IMG/VR virus record: IMGVR_UViG_3300025030_000086
Coordinates: 1 to 64,000 of that record
DNA from: a virus
Length of the DNA stretch: 64,000 nucleotides
Reading direction: 5' to 3' (one strand)
The position numbers and the translations under genes are program-made. Below are positions 29,146 through 38,736 of the stretch, in pieces. The notes below the pieces were generated by a model. The model was not told where the DNA came from, made no database searches, and worked only from the letters and a program-made list of their open reading frames with translations. Positions within the stretch are counted from its first letter, which is position 1. Each line of letters opens with the position of its first letter.

Positions 29146-29339
29146 TGGCTGATTATTATTTAGATACGATGGATTATGGAGATGAAGAGAACTACCCCTA
29201 TCCTTATAAAATGGATAGGGGGCCTGGGAAATGTCCCATATGTGGTGATTTTACATTTAAAAGAAAGGGGAAATTTGGTTCTTTTTATGGCTGTAGTAAA
29301 TATCCTATATGCAAAGGGAGTAGATGTTTTGATGAATAA
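29145..29339 (+). CDS. Topoisomerase C4 zinc-finger-like protein
   Basis: CPICG...GKFGSFYGCSKYPIC. Confidence 0.7.
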   Translation: MADYYLDTMDYGDEENYPYPYKMDRGPGKCPICGDFTFKRKGKFGSFYGCSKYPICKGSRCFDE

Positions 29340-29667
29340 AATGGTAAAAAAGAAGTGTGTTTGGTATTGTTATGTATGTGGAAAAGCGTTAGGTAAGATT
29401 TTCTCACTGGCTTCGATGAGGAATAGTACGGATAGAGTATTTTTAGCACATATAAAATGTTCGGTTCAAATAGGTGATTCTTTTATAATGGATGTAGAAA
29501 AGAAAAGCATTAAATATTCAGAAGAAGAAAGGATATAATTTATGCTATGTTAGGTAAATTCTTACTTTATCTATTAAATGAAATAATATTTTTTATCTGT
29601 ATGTTTATAGGATTTAGATATAGGAACACTAAGCTATATAATAAAGTTTCTAAATTGGTTATATAAA

Positions 29668-29868
29668 ATGCATTGGACAGAGGCTTGTAAAAAATCCCCA
29701 ATAGGAATAGCGGAAAGAAGAGATTTAGATACAGAAGTAGAATCAATCTATTATAAATATAAAGAAGGACATGTAGTAGGTAAGAAAAATGGTATATACT
29801 ATTATAATAATATTCCTATGTTTAAAATAGAGGGTTATTTAGATTGGACACCTTGTTATAAAATATAA
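29668..29868 (+). CDS. Hypothetical, paralog of 28323..28499
   Basis: MHWTEACK...EGYLDWTP. Confidence 0.55.
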   Translation: MHWTEACKKSPIGIAERRDLDTEVESIYYKYKEGHVVGKKNGIYYYNNIPMFKIEGYLDWTPCYKI

Positions 29869-29869
29869 T

Positions 29870-30737
29870 TTTTCCCAATTTTTTCAATAGTTTAGACATA
29901 CCCCCTAACATAAATAATTTATATCTATTGGCAATCCTGAAAAATATGGTCGGTATTTTTATACCCCATCCGGCTTATTTCTCGCTTGCAATTAAAAATA
30001 ATCACTAAAGTATTGATTTTATTGATATTTTTGGTGATGGTCTGTTAATAACTTTTGTGAATAATAAGACATTCTTTTACATATTAGTTGCATAAAAGCG
30101 TAAACTATTGATTTTATTAATGTTTATTTATGGTTTACACTTCTGATATACTGTAAACCTCATATAGGAATGTTTCACTTTGAAACATTATAGACAATAA
30201 ACTGAACATCATAATTAGTGAATAAATGTCTATTAGTTGATATACTATACCTCATATACACTATATATTGTATAATAAGTAATAAAATACTATAGATTAT
30301 CAGATATATGAGTAATGATATGTTATATCTATAAGACTAAAGAAATAGAATAAAGCATTATACTATAGATTGCTATACATGATAGATGTTATTAAAATAA
30401 TAATAGAAGCTGATCATATACATGTTAATCATAAATCCGGTTAATGGTAGTAAATATATAAAATAGACATTAATAACTATATATGCTATAGATATATAAT
30501 TTAACACTTAATAGGGGGTTATATATGCAGTCTGTTTAATAGCAGACTTACATACATAAATAATCATTAATCTTTTAATAGGATATTGCTTATATAGGAT
30601 ATCCTATTTTTTTATCTCTACACTGCCATATCCTTGTTTTAATCCACTTTTTATTACTCCACTTATATCTTAGTATTGTTTATCTGTATAACCTGCTATA
30701 CAGGCGGATAAGCGTTATAATTAGTATTTATTAATTA
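29870..30737. other. Long non-coding region, candidate genome terminus/packaging site
   Basis: About 870 nt with no ORF in the track; TACCCC motifs; IHF-consensus sites at 30006-30018 and 30101-30113. Confidence 0.45.
30578..30613 (+). terminator. Putative intrinsic terminator
   Basis: AATAGGATAT...ATATCCTATT followed by T-run. Confidence 0.55.
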
Positions 30738-30768
30738 TTGACAAAAACAAAAAAAGTATTATTATAAT
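30738..30768 (+). promoter_or_regulatory. sigma70-like promoter
   Basis: TTGACA-N16-TATTAT(AAT). Confidence 0.6.
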
Positions 30769-31237
30769 AATAGAACATCATTTCAGGGGATTAAAATGAG
30801 TATATTATTAAAAATGGATAGCAAAAAAAGAGTAAATAGTCTCAAGGGTAAAATAGTAATAATTGAGACTAATAAAATAGATTTATTAAATTCTACATTC
30901 CAGACTACTGTATATGTAACAGAAATAAGAAAATTTATATCTGAAAAAGCCTCTTTAGAATTTGTTAAATCATTAAATTGTAAGGATGTAAAAAATGTCT
31001 TTATATCAGATAATAGAAATATAATAAAAACAAACGTAACGCATTTGACAAAAAAATAGGGGGTTGAAATGAAAACTTTATCTTTTAAAATAGCAGTAAA
31101 GGGGGTAATCTACACGGTCTCTTTACTGGAGTTGCAAACATTACAGATAAAACATATTACTTTTAGATATGTTATAGGATAGGGGGTTGAAATGGATATA
31201 TCTGAAATATGAGATAGAAAATATTTTAAATAATAAT

Positions 31238-31264
31238 TAATGTATAGGAATATATATCCGATAA
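31238..31264 (+). promoter_or_regulatory. sigma28-like promoter 1
   Basis: TAAT-N15-TCCGATAA. Confidence 0.55.
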
Positions 31265-32212
31265 AGTATATGGAACATAAATAGGGGGTGTAAAATGGAA
31301 AAGAAAATCATATACAAAGTCAAGATAGAAAACAGGTTTTTCACCTTAACAGAAGTTGAATACAAGGCTTTAGTTGCGAAAGGTAAAATAATTAATGTGC
31401 TTTACAAGGGGGTATAAAATGACTAAAAAAGATTATATAAAGATAGCAGATACATTAATTGACAGTTTTAAGGATTGTTGCGGATTGGAGTCGAATGACA
31501 TACGTTATATCCATAGATTATATCTCAATAAGTTTTGTGACATGTTAACAGTAGATAATAGTAAGTTTGATGTTAATAAATTTAAAGAGTATATTGAGAA
31601 AAGAATAAGGATTGATTCTACAATGGAGTTAAAATAATGGAACTAATAACAGGTATAATATTATTGATCAATTTGGTTGCCGTTGTTTTGGTTGCAGTAA
31701 TATCAATAATAATGTATTTATTGAAAGGATAATAAAAAATGATAATAGTAGGAGTATTGAACATTAAAACTAATATAATAGAAAATAAGTTTTTGAGTAG
31801 AAATGAAATAAAAGATTTACTGTCTAAAGGGGTATCAGTTTACTATCGTTTGAATGATTTTTGGATATTATAAAGGGGGTAATATGGAAAATATTATGCA
31901 AGAAATTAAAAAGGACTATGATAATGCTGAAAATTTCTTTTTTTCATATGATAGAAGTATCGTAACATTTACTTGTATAAAGGACGGGGTGTTACATAGA
32001 ATGATGTATAACAGAAGATTAAAATTATATACTATTACAGAAATAGGGGGGTAATATGGAAAGCGTAGTTATAAAAGAGGAAAATATGAAAAATGGATCT
32101 TTAACTCTATTCAATCCTGTTAATAAATTAATAAATAATAGGATTATAGTAAATGGGATTGCTATGACTATACAGGAGTTTAGGGTAATGAAAGAGGGGG
32201 TTAAATAATAAT

Positions 32213-32239
32213 TAATGTATAGGAATATATATCCGATAA
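32213..32239 (+). promoter_or_regulatory. sigma28-like promoter 2
   Basis: TAAT-N15-TCCGATAA. Confidence 0.55.
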
Positions 32240-32837
32240 AGTATGTAGACATAAATCAGGGGGGTTAAAATGATTATAACAATTACGAATAAAGAACATA
32301 AAGAGTACATAAAGGGTAAATATGTTAGTGCTCATAATTTTGTAACTTGTATAGAAAATAATATATTATTTATTGATTTTACTTATTTTACTAACACTTT
32401 GACAAGAAAATACTGTCGGTATTATCCATCAACAAAACTCTTTATATTAGTAAAATAACAATTATATATAGGGGGTTGAAATGACAAAAATAATTAGAAT
32501 AGAAAGAATGGCAGCAAAAAAAGGATATATCATTAATATTGCTCCTGCTAATAGCTGGATAGGAAGCAAGGGTAAGGGAAAATGGGCATACAGCCTTTAT
32601 ATTAAGGGGCAGGGCATATATGAGCCTATTAAAGCTTATGGATCATTGATAAAATTGGAAGAGTCATTAAAACAAATTTTTTTATCTTTATCTTATTAAA
32701 GGGGGTTAAATAATGGAAAATATGGAAAGGGCATTAAATCCGGTTGCGTTAAAAATATTGATAGAAAATAAGCAAAAATATGTATCGGATACACTTAGTA
32801 TATTAGCAGAATTGTTAAAAAAATTAAAGGGGGTAAA

Positions 32838-33308
32838 ATGATAAATATACAAGTATATCAAGAAATTGCACGGGTTTTGAATGCTATGGAAAATTGCAGG
32901 AAAATAAAAAAAGATAGTAATGAAACACTATATAATGAAACATACTGGTATGATAGACATGCTGAAAAGGTAGATTATATTATTAAAAACTATTTACCCC
33001 ACGGATCAGGGATTGACAGCAAAACTGAAATAGACTTTGCAAAAAGTAATGATGATAAGATAGTAATTAATAGTGGATATCATTGTATGAATTCAAATGG
33101 TTATTATGATGGATGGGTCAATTTTAGAATATTAATAATTCCTTGTTTACTTTTTGGTTTTAAACTAAAGATAATAGGTAATTTTGGGAAGTATAAACAT
33201 GTAAAGGATTATTTATATGATTTATATCATTATAATCTTGATCAAAATTTTGATACTGAAAAGTATAATAGATTTTATGATGATAACAATAAAATTAATG
33301 TATCCTGA
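32838..33308 (+). CDS. Phage early hypothetical protein
   Basis: LPHGSGID...YHCMNSNGYYDGW. Confidence 0.65.
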   Translation: MINIQVYQEIARVLNAMENCRKIKKDSNETLYNETYWYDRHAEKVDYIIKNYLPHGSGIDSKTEIDFAKSNDDKIVINSGYHCMNSNGYYDGWVNFRILIIPCLLFGFKLKIIGNFGKYKHVKDYLYDLYHYNLDQNFDTEKYNRFYDDNNKINVS

Positions 33309-33322
33309 AATATATCCGATAA
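33296..33322 (+). promoter_or_regulatory. sigma28-like promoter 3
   Basis: TAAT-N15-TCCGATAA with diverged spacer. Confidence 0.55.
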
Positions 33323-33352
33323 AGTATATAGAACATAAATGAGGGGGTTGAA

Positions 33353-33634
33353 ATGAAAATTATTACAAAAATAATGGAAGTTTATGAATTTTCGGAACTG
33401 AATGAGGATGCAAAAAAGAAGGTAATAAATAATTATATTAATTTTTTATTGGAAGCTTTACCATATGAGGATATGTCGGAAAATATGAAAAAAGCTTGTG
33501 ATAAAGCTGAACATATGAGAACCCCTTGGTTTACGGGTAGTTACATTTTTGATTATTGTATAGATGAGTTGCAGGAGACATTACAAAACTGTTATGAATT
33601 TTTGGCCGATGGTAGCATTTATAGTGATAATTAA
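33353..33634 (+). CDS. Phage early hypothetical protein
   Basis: YEFSELNEDAK...YEFLADG. Confidence 0.65.
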   Translation: MKIITKIMEVYEFSELNEDAKKKVINNYINFLLEALPYEDMSENMKKACDKAEHMRTPWFTGSYIFDYCIDELQETLQNCYEFLADGSIYSDN

Positions 33635-34686
33635 GGGGGTGGAGTAATGAAAATTCCTAAAAAATATACTGGATACAAGTTTAAGAGAAAATTATTAAAT
33701 AAAATACTTAAATATGCATATCCGCCAACATATAATGCACGCAATGCAATTGGTTATTCATTCTCCATTACCCTGGAAAATGATATATATAATTGGGTGG
33801 GTGGGTGGGATTTTGATACGCATGATATAAAAGAGGATTTTTTCCTGGATTTTAAAGATTTTGTAGTATATTATATAGAGTCTGGGGAAGCAGTTGCAAG
33901 AGGGGGGTTGAAATGAAAAATGAGAATGAAAAGTTAGGGTTACGTTTATCAAGTTACATTTGTAATGAAATGTTGCTAATTTGTGGGATGACATATCAAG
34001 AGTGTTTAGAATTTACAAAAAAACTTGAAATTATGGTTAAACAGTCAGATTTTTTAGAATTATACGATGGAACTACTTATTATAAAACATTTACACCGAT
34101 AGAAAAGAGGGGGTAAAATTATGCTTTATAAAGTAATTACTGTAAAAAATAAAAAAGAGAAAATTTTTACTGATAATACTTGCAATGGAGTTATTTTCAA
34201 TTTTTGTGATAATTTTTTAAAGTTTTGGAATGTATCATATGAGATATATGAGTATAGCAATAAAAAATGGGTGTTAATTGGATATAGTAATAATCCGTAA
34301 AGGGGGTTATAAATGAAAAATTTTAGATATAAGATTATGCAAAAAGGTGACAATTATGTAGAAGCGAATGAGGTCAATTTTTTTGGCATTTTTGGCACAA
34401 AATATCATATTGAAAGCATTTTATTAAGCCTTGACTGTTATGATACAAACTTTTATAAAAATACAATAATTAATTTACAAGAGAATGAGCATCTTTTCAG
34501 ATATACAAATGATAGATGCAAAACTGGGAAAGTAACCCCTTTAGTAAAGATCAATATTGATAAAGGATTAATCTATTTTTTGGCAGATAATGAGTATAAT
34601 AAAAGCTTTGATAATTTTCCAATTTTTGATAGCAGGGGCGAACAATTAACATTTTTAGTGTTAAAAAATAAGCTATAATTTTATAA

Positions 34687-34729
34687 AAAATAAGGGGTTG
34701 ATCCTATAGGGTTAATCCCTTATTTTTTT
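34687..34729 (+). terminator. Intrinsic terminator closing the early block
   Basis: TAAGGGGTTGATCC-TATA-GGGTTAATCCCTTA followed by T7. Confidence 0.75.
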
Positions 34730-34735
34730 ATATTA

Positions 34736-34828
34736 ATACAGTGGTATGATTTACAAATTTTTTTTGATACAGTGGATTGATTTACAAATTTTTTTTGATA
34801 CAGTGGTATGATTTACAAATTTTTTTTG
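34736..34828. repeat. 31-bp tandem repeat x3
   Basis: ATACAGTGGTATGATTTACAAATTTTTTTTG. Confidence 0.9.
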
Positions 34829-34970
34829 ATATGGCGGTAAAGGTCTTCAGGATTGCCATTATATGGCAGGATATGGCGGTAAAGGTCTTCAGGATTGCCA
34901 TTATATGGCAGGATATGGCGGTAAAGGTCTTCAGGATTGCCATTATATGGCAGGATATGGCGGTAAAGGT
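34828..34970. repeat. 42-bp tandem repeat x3.4 with internal palindrome
   Basis: GATATGGCGGTAAAGGTCTTCAGGATTGCCATTATATGGCAG. Confidence 0.95.
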
Positions 34971-34978
34971 ATAAAAAA

Positions 34979-35229
34979 TGTTACAAATTGAAACAAAAAC
35001 AATATATTGTGTTGCAAAAATGATACATACAAGATATAGTCATACCATATATAGTATGTTACGAAAAAGTAACACAACATATAGTCATACCATATATAGT
35101 GTTGTAAAAATGATACACCACAAATGGATATATGAGGAAGTCTCAAAACTGCAAAAATGAGCTACCTACTTCAGATACCAAAATTGAGATACCAATTTAG
35201 GATGAGCTACCTACTTCAGATACCAATTT
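34979..35229. repeat. Alternating TGTT-N-ACA imperfect palindromes, ATATAGTCATACCATATATAGT x2 and ATGAGCTACCTACTTCAGATACCAA x2
   Basis: Read directly. Confidence 0.8.
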
Positions 35230-35241
35230 TAATAAAAATAT

Positions 35242-35269
35242 TTGACAATTAATAAAATTAAGATATACT
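35242..35269 (+). promoter_or_regulatory. Early sigma70 promoter (related copies at 35638, 37798, 42537, 45831)
   Basis: TTGACA-N16-TATACT(AATAAT), five copies. Confidence 0.75.
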
Positions 35270-35305
35270 GATAATTAGAATATAATAATAATAGGAGATA
35301 TCAGC

Positions 35306-35632
35306 ATGAAAAATCTTACAAAGAAAACCACAAAAGAACATTATGAAAAGTTTAGAGATATGGCAATTGGAGCAGAGATAACATTAAAAAGATTGCCAAA
35401 ACCTTTGGGTTATTCTGTAGAAGAGTTGAGAAAACTATATATAGAAGATAATAATCTAAACAATATACCATTAATTGAATTGGACAGTTTTTACTTGTGT
35501 TTACCATCATATACAAGGAAAATTATAACTAATATGGCAGATAATTGTTGCGTATACAAACATTTATTAATTTATGAAGTTTTAGGAGCTACACCTATTT
35601 TTACAGATATCCCCCTTAATTTGAGGGATTAA
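35306..35632 (+). CDS. Hypothetical protein
   Basis: Promoter and AGGAG SD. Confidence 0.6.
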   Translation: MKNLTKKTTKEHYEKFRDMAIGAEITLKRLPKPLGYSVEELRKLYIEDNNLNNIPLIELDSFYLCLPSYTRKIITNMADNCCVYKHLLIYEVLGATPIFTDIPLNLRD

Positions 35633-35686
35633 AATATTTGACAATTAATAAAATTCATATATACTAATAATAAAGGAGAACATAAA

Positions 35687-36253
35687 ATGGAAACAATAAG
35701 AGAAGAGATTTATAAAAATTATACTATAAAGATTGTAGTAGATGATAGGCCCCTTGATCCTATAGAAGAGTTTGATAGTTTTGGAAAGATGGTATGTTTC
35801 CATAAGTGGTATAGTTTAGGTCATAAGCATAATCTTAGAAGTGGTGATTTTGATTCTTTGGAAGATGTTAAAAATTATTTAATAAAAGAGGAGAAAGCCT
35901 ATATTATCCTTCCCCTTTATTTATACGATCATTCAGGAATTACAATAAGCACAACCCCCTTTAATTGTATGTTTGACAGTGGACAGATAGGTTTTATTTA
36001 TGCCACAAAAGAACAGATATTAAAGGAATATGGGGTTAAAAGGATAACCCCTAAAATCAGAAAGAAAGTGGAAAAACTTCTCATAGCTGAAGTTGACACT
36101 TATGACAAATATTTAACAGGGGAAGTCTACGGTTTCCAGATATTGAAGGATGGGGATATTGAAGATAGTTGTTACGGATATTATGACACCCCTAAAAATA
36201 TTATGTCTGAATGTAAGTTGAGAATAGATGAATATGAGGAACAATTTATTTAA
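35687..36253 (+). CDS. Phage/mobile-element hypothetical protein
   Basis: LPLYLYDHSGITIS...DSGQIGFIY...YLTGEVYG. Confidence 0.7.
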   Translation: METIREEIYKNYTIKIVVDDRPLDPIEEFDSFGKMVCFHKWYSLGHKHNLRSGDFDSLEDVKNYLIKEEKAYIILPLYLYDHSGITISTTPFNCMFDSGQIGFIYATKEQILKEYGVKRITPKIRKKVEKLLIAEVDTYDKYLTGEVYGFQILKDGDIEDSCYGYYDTPKNIMSECKLRIDEYEEQFI

Positions 36254-36452
36254 AAAAGGAGAACTATAAATGAAAACATTTTCTATCGAAAAGCAAAATG
36301 AGTTAGGTAAAGAGATTGCTTTAATTCTCTGCTTGAAGAAAAATAAAAATGAAAAATATGTCACAATGTGGGGAGAGAAAACGGCAATTGGTTTATTAAA
36401 TTTAGTTTGCAGAATTGTTAAAAGTATAGAAATTATGGGGGGAGAACTATAA

Positions 36453-37076
36453 ATGAAAACAAGTCTATATGAAAGGAAAATTGCATATAATAATATAAAA
36501 GGCAATGAACTTTTAAAAAGGGCCATAGAAGTATCTTTAACTGGACAGCATACCATAACTGTTATTGGCAATGTTGATAATGGAAAAGAATATTTAGATA
36601 TTGTATTTAAGTCAAGAACAGAATATTGTGGAGAAGACCCCATATTTAATGAAAATTTATTTACTTTTGTACAACCTTGTTTTTGCGGTAATTTTGGTGA
36701 TGAGGGTTGTGGTTGTTCAGTAGAAGAGATTATATTACATAAAAGATCAAAGGAATATATAAATGCTATGAAAAGTCAAATAATTGTTAAATTAGAAAGA
36801 CCCCTATTTAATGAGATTGTTAGTGTATTAACAGGAGAATCTTTCCAAAACGTTGTGGACAGGATATATACATTTAATAGGTTAAAAACAATTGAAGGAA
36901 CTGATCAAGACGCAATGGAATTTTTAAAAACTGCATATAATAAATTGTTGTTTACAGGTAATCAAATAAATAGAGTTTTGGCAGTTTCAAGAACAATTGC
37001 AATAATGGATAATTCTGGTAGAGTTAAAGCTCATCATATAGCAGAAGCTATACAATATCAAGCATTAGATTATTAA
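36453..37076 (+). CDS. Degenerate ComM/YifB (Mg-chelatase-like AAA+) protein
   Basis: KGNELLKRAIEV..TGQH, PCFCG..GD..CGC, RVLAVSRTIA..D...HIAEAIQY; ATPase core missing. Confidence 0.7.
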   Translation: MKTSLYERKIAYNNIKGNELLKRAIEVSLTGQHTITVIGNVDNGKEYLDIVFKSRTEYCGEDPIFNENLFTFVQPCFCGNFGDEGCGCSVEEIILHKRSKEYINAMKSQIIVKLERPLFNEIVSVLTGESFQNVVDRIYTFNRLKTIEGTDQDAMEFLKTAYNKLLFTGNQINRVLAVSRTIAIMDNSGRVKAHHIAEAIQYQALDY

Positions 37077-37250
37077 GAGGAGGTTAACTAAAAATGAATA
37101 TTTGTACAAATAATAAACATGGTGAAATAGTTTACGATAGTGGTTATAGGTATTGCCCCGCTTGTGAAAGAATAGAAAAATTGTTAAGTGATATAAAGGA
37201 TGCAGAAATGGAACTAAAAAATTTAATAGAAAAAGAGGGGGGGTTTGAAA

Positions 37251-37784
37251 ATGAATAAGAAATTAAGTGATGCAGTAATAACAGAATTGTCATTTTTAAC
37301 AAGTAAAGAAATGAGAAATATTTTACAGAAGTTTGCTGATAATTTTGACAATTCTCATTTTGAAATGTTACGACACATTGCAAAGACCTACACTGATGAA
37401 CAAATAACCCCCTTGCTACCTACACCCCAAAAAGTTAAATCAAAGGATAAACGGACAAGGGAAGAAAAATTGGAAGAGTTAAAGGGGTATTATGTCAAAG
37501 AAAATATAGATGAAACAAGAGTAACTACAAATGATATACCTATTTTAAAAAGAGGTAGATCAAAAAGCAAGGATGGTACTTTGAAAGATAGAGTATTTGA
37601 ATTATTGGATATGAATTTGAGAACGGAGGAGCATGCTGATAATGTAGATACTAATTTAACTTATGATAATATTCTAAAGTCCGGTATACTGAATATTGCA
37701 GAAAATACTTATAAGGTAATTTTATCAGCATGGAGGAAAGAAAAAGGGATTAAGGTAAGAAGAGGAAGACCTTCTAAAAATTAA
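37251..37784 (+). CDS. Hypothetical basic protein with AT-hook-like C-terminus
   Basis: KRGRSK, RRGRPSK. Confidence 0.55.
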   Translation: MNKKLSDAVITELSFLTSKEMRNILQKFADNFDNSHFEMLRHIAKTYTDEQITPLLPTPQKVKSKDKRTREEKLEELKGYYVKENIDETRVTTNDIPILKRGRSKSKDGTLKDRVFELLDMNLRTEEHADNVDTNLTYDNILKSGILNIAENTYKVILSAWRKEKGIKVRRGRPSKN

Positions 37785-38148
37785 TATACTTTAATTATTG
37801 ACATTACTCAAAATAGTAGTATACTAATAATTAAAGGGGGATTATAAAATGGAAAGATACTTAGAAAATGGAGATATGGTATTTGCAACAGGTGTTTTTT
37901 TGAGATACTTTAATGGAAAATTTGAAGTGTCAAGTTTTAAAGATGATACTTATTTTGACGGTAACATTGTTGAAGATATTGAAAATAAACCTTATACAGA
38001 AGAGGAATAAAGGGGGATTATATGCTTTATTATGGTATTATAATTGGTTCATTTATCATTTTTTATGCAGTTTTTATTTATAGTTTATGCAAAATTTCAA
38101 AAGATTGTGATATGAGGGCAGATAAATTATTTAAAGAAATGAGGATGA

Positions 38149-38427
38149 ATGAAAACAAAAGTGATTTATAGGAAATTTAAAACAACTGAAAGTATTGTTG
38201 CAATTTTTCCAGAATTGGGATACCCTGGATTTACTTCTAAAAAAGGTCTTATAATGGATTATATGTATTTTGGCCAACACGGAGAATGTATTTATGACAC
38301 CATTATAAAAATGACTATAAAAGCGTCTCCTAAAAATTATGAGGTATTGGAAGCACAATTGAGAGATTTAGGATATGATTTAGAAATTACTACACATAAG
38401 GGGTATCAAAAATTATTGACAAAGTAA
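38149..38427 (+). CDS. Phage hypothetical protein
   Basis: VIYRKF...AIFP...YMYFGQH. Confidence 0.65.
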   Translation: MKTKVIYRKFKTTESIVAIFPELGYPGFTSKKGLIMDYMYFGQHGECIYDTIIKMTIKASPKNYEVLEAQLRDLGYDLEITTHKGYQKLLTK

Positions 38428-38736
38428 TAATCATAGGAGATTATGAAATGTTTTATAAAAGTATAGGATTGTCAAAAGTCTTATTAAGACATAATGAAAA
38501 CTATATTACCCCATTTCAGTCCATTGCAGAAGAGGAGATACTTGATAGATATTGGTTCAATAGGTTTAGTTATGAAAGTTTCAAGGCATGAAAACATGGT
38601 TTGGTGTAGAGTTTAAAGGTTTTTATGTTGGTAAAGTCTATTGTAATAAGCAAGACCTTATTAATGAATTCAATAAACAATTCATGTATGAGATACAAGG
38701 GAATTTGTTTAAGGTTTTTGGAAAAATTGGAAAAAG

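Larger units (their letters stand above)
30796..34678 (+). other. Block of about 18 small early genes, mostly with an AGGGGG(T) SD
   Basis: ORFs at 30796, 31070, 31295, 31419, 31883, 32056, 32270, 32481, 32838, 33353, 33647, 33913, 34121, 34313 and others. Confidence 0.7.

Noticed and set aside
30171-30187. parS site
   Set aside because: 17 bp with altered centre versus the 16-bp TGTTTCACGTGAAACA; no parB in the window
34736-34970. CRISPR array
   Set aside because: Units are contiguous tandem copies without unique spacers; no cas genes
34777-35160. ORFs 34777, 34943 and 34978
   Set aside because: Translations of the repeats, with no SD
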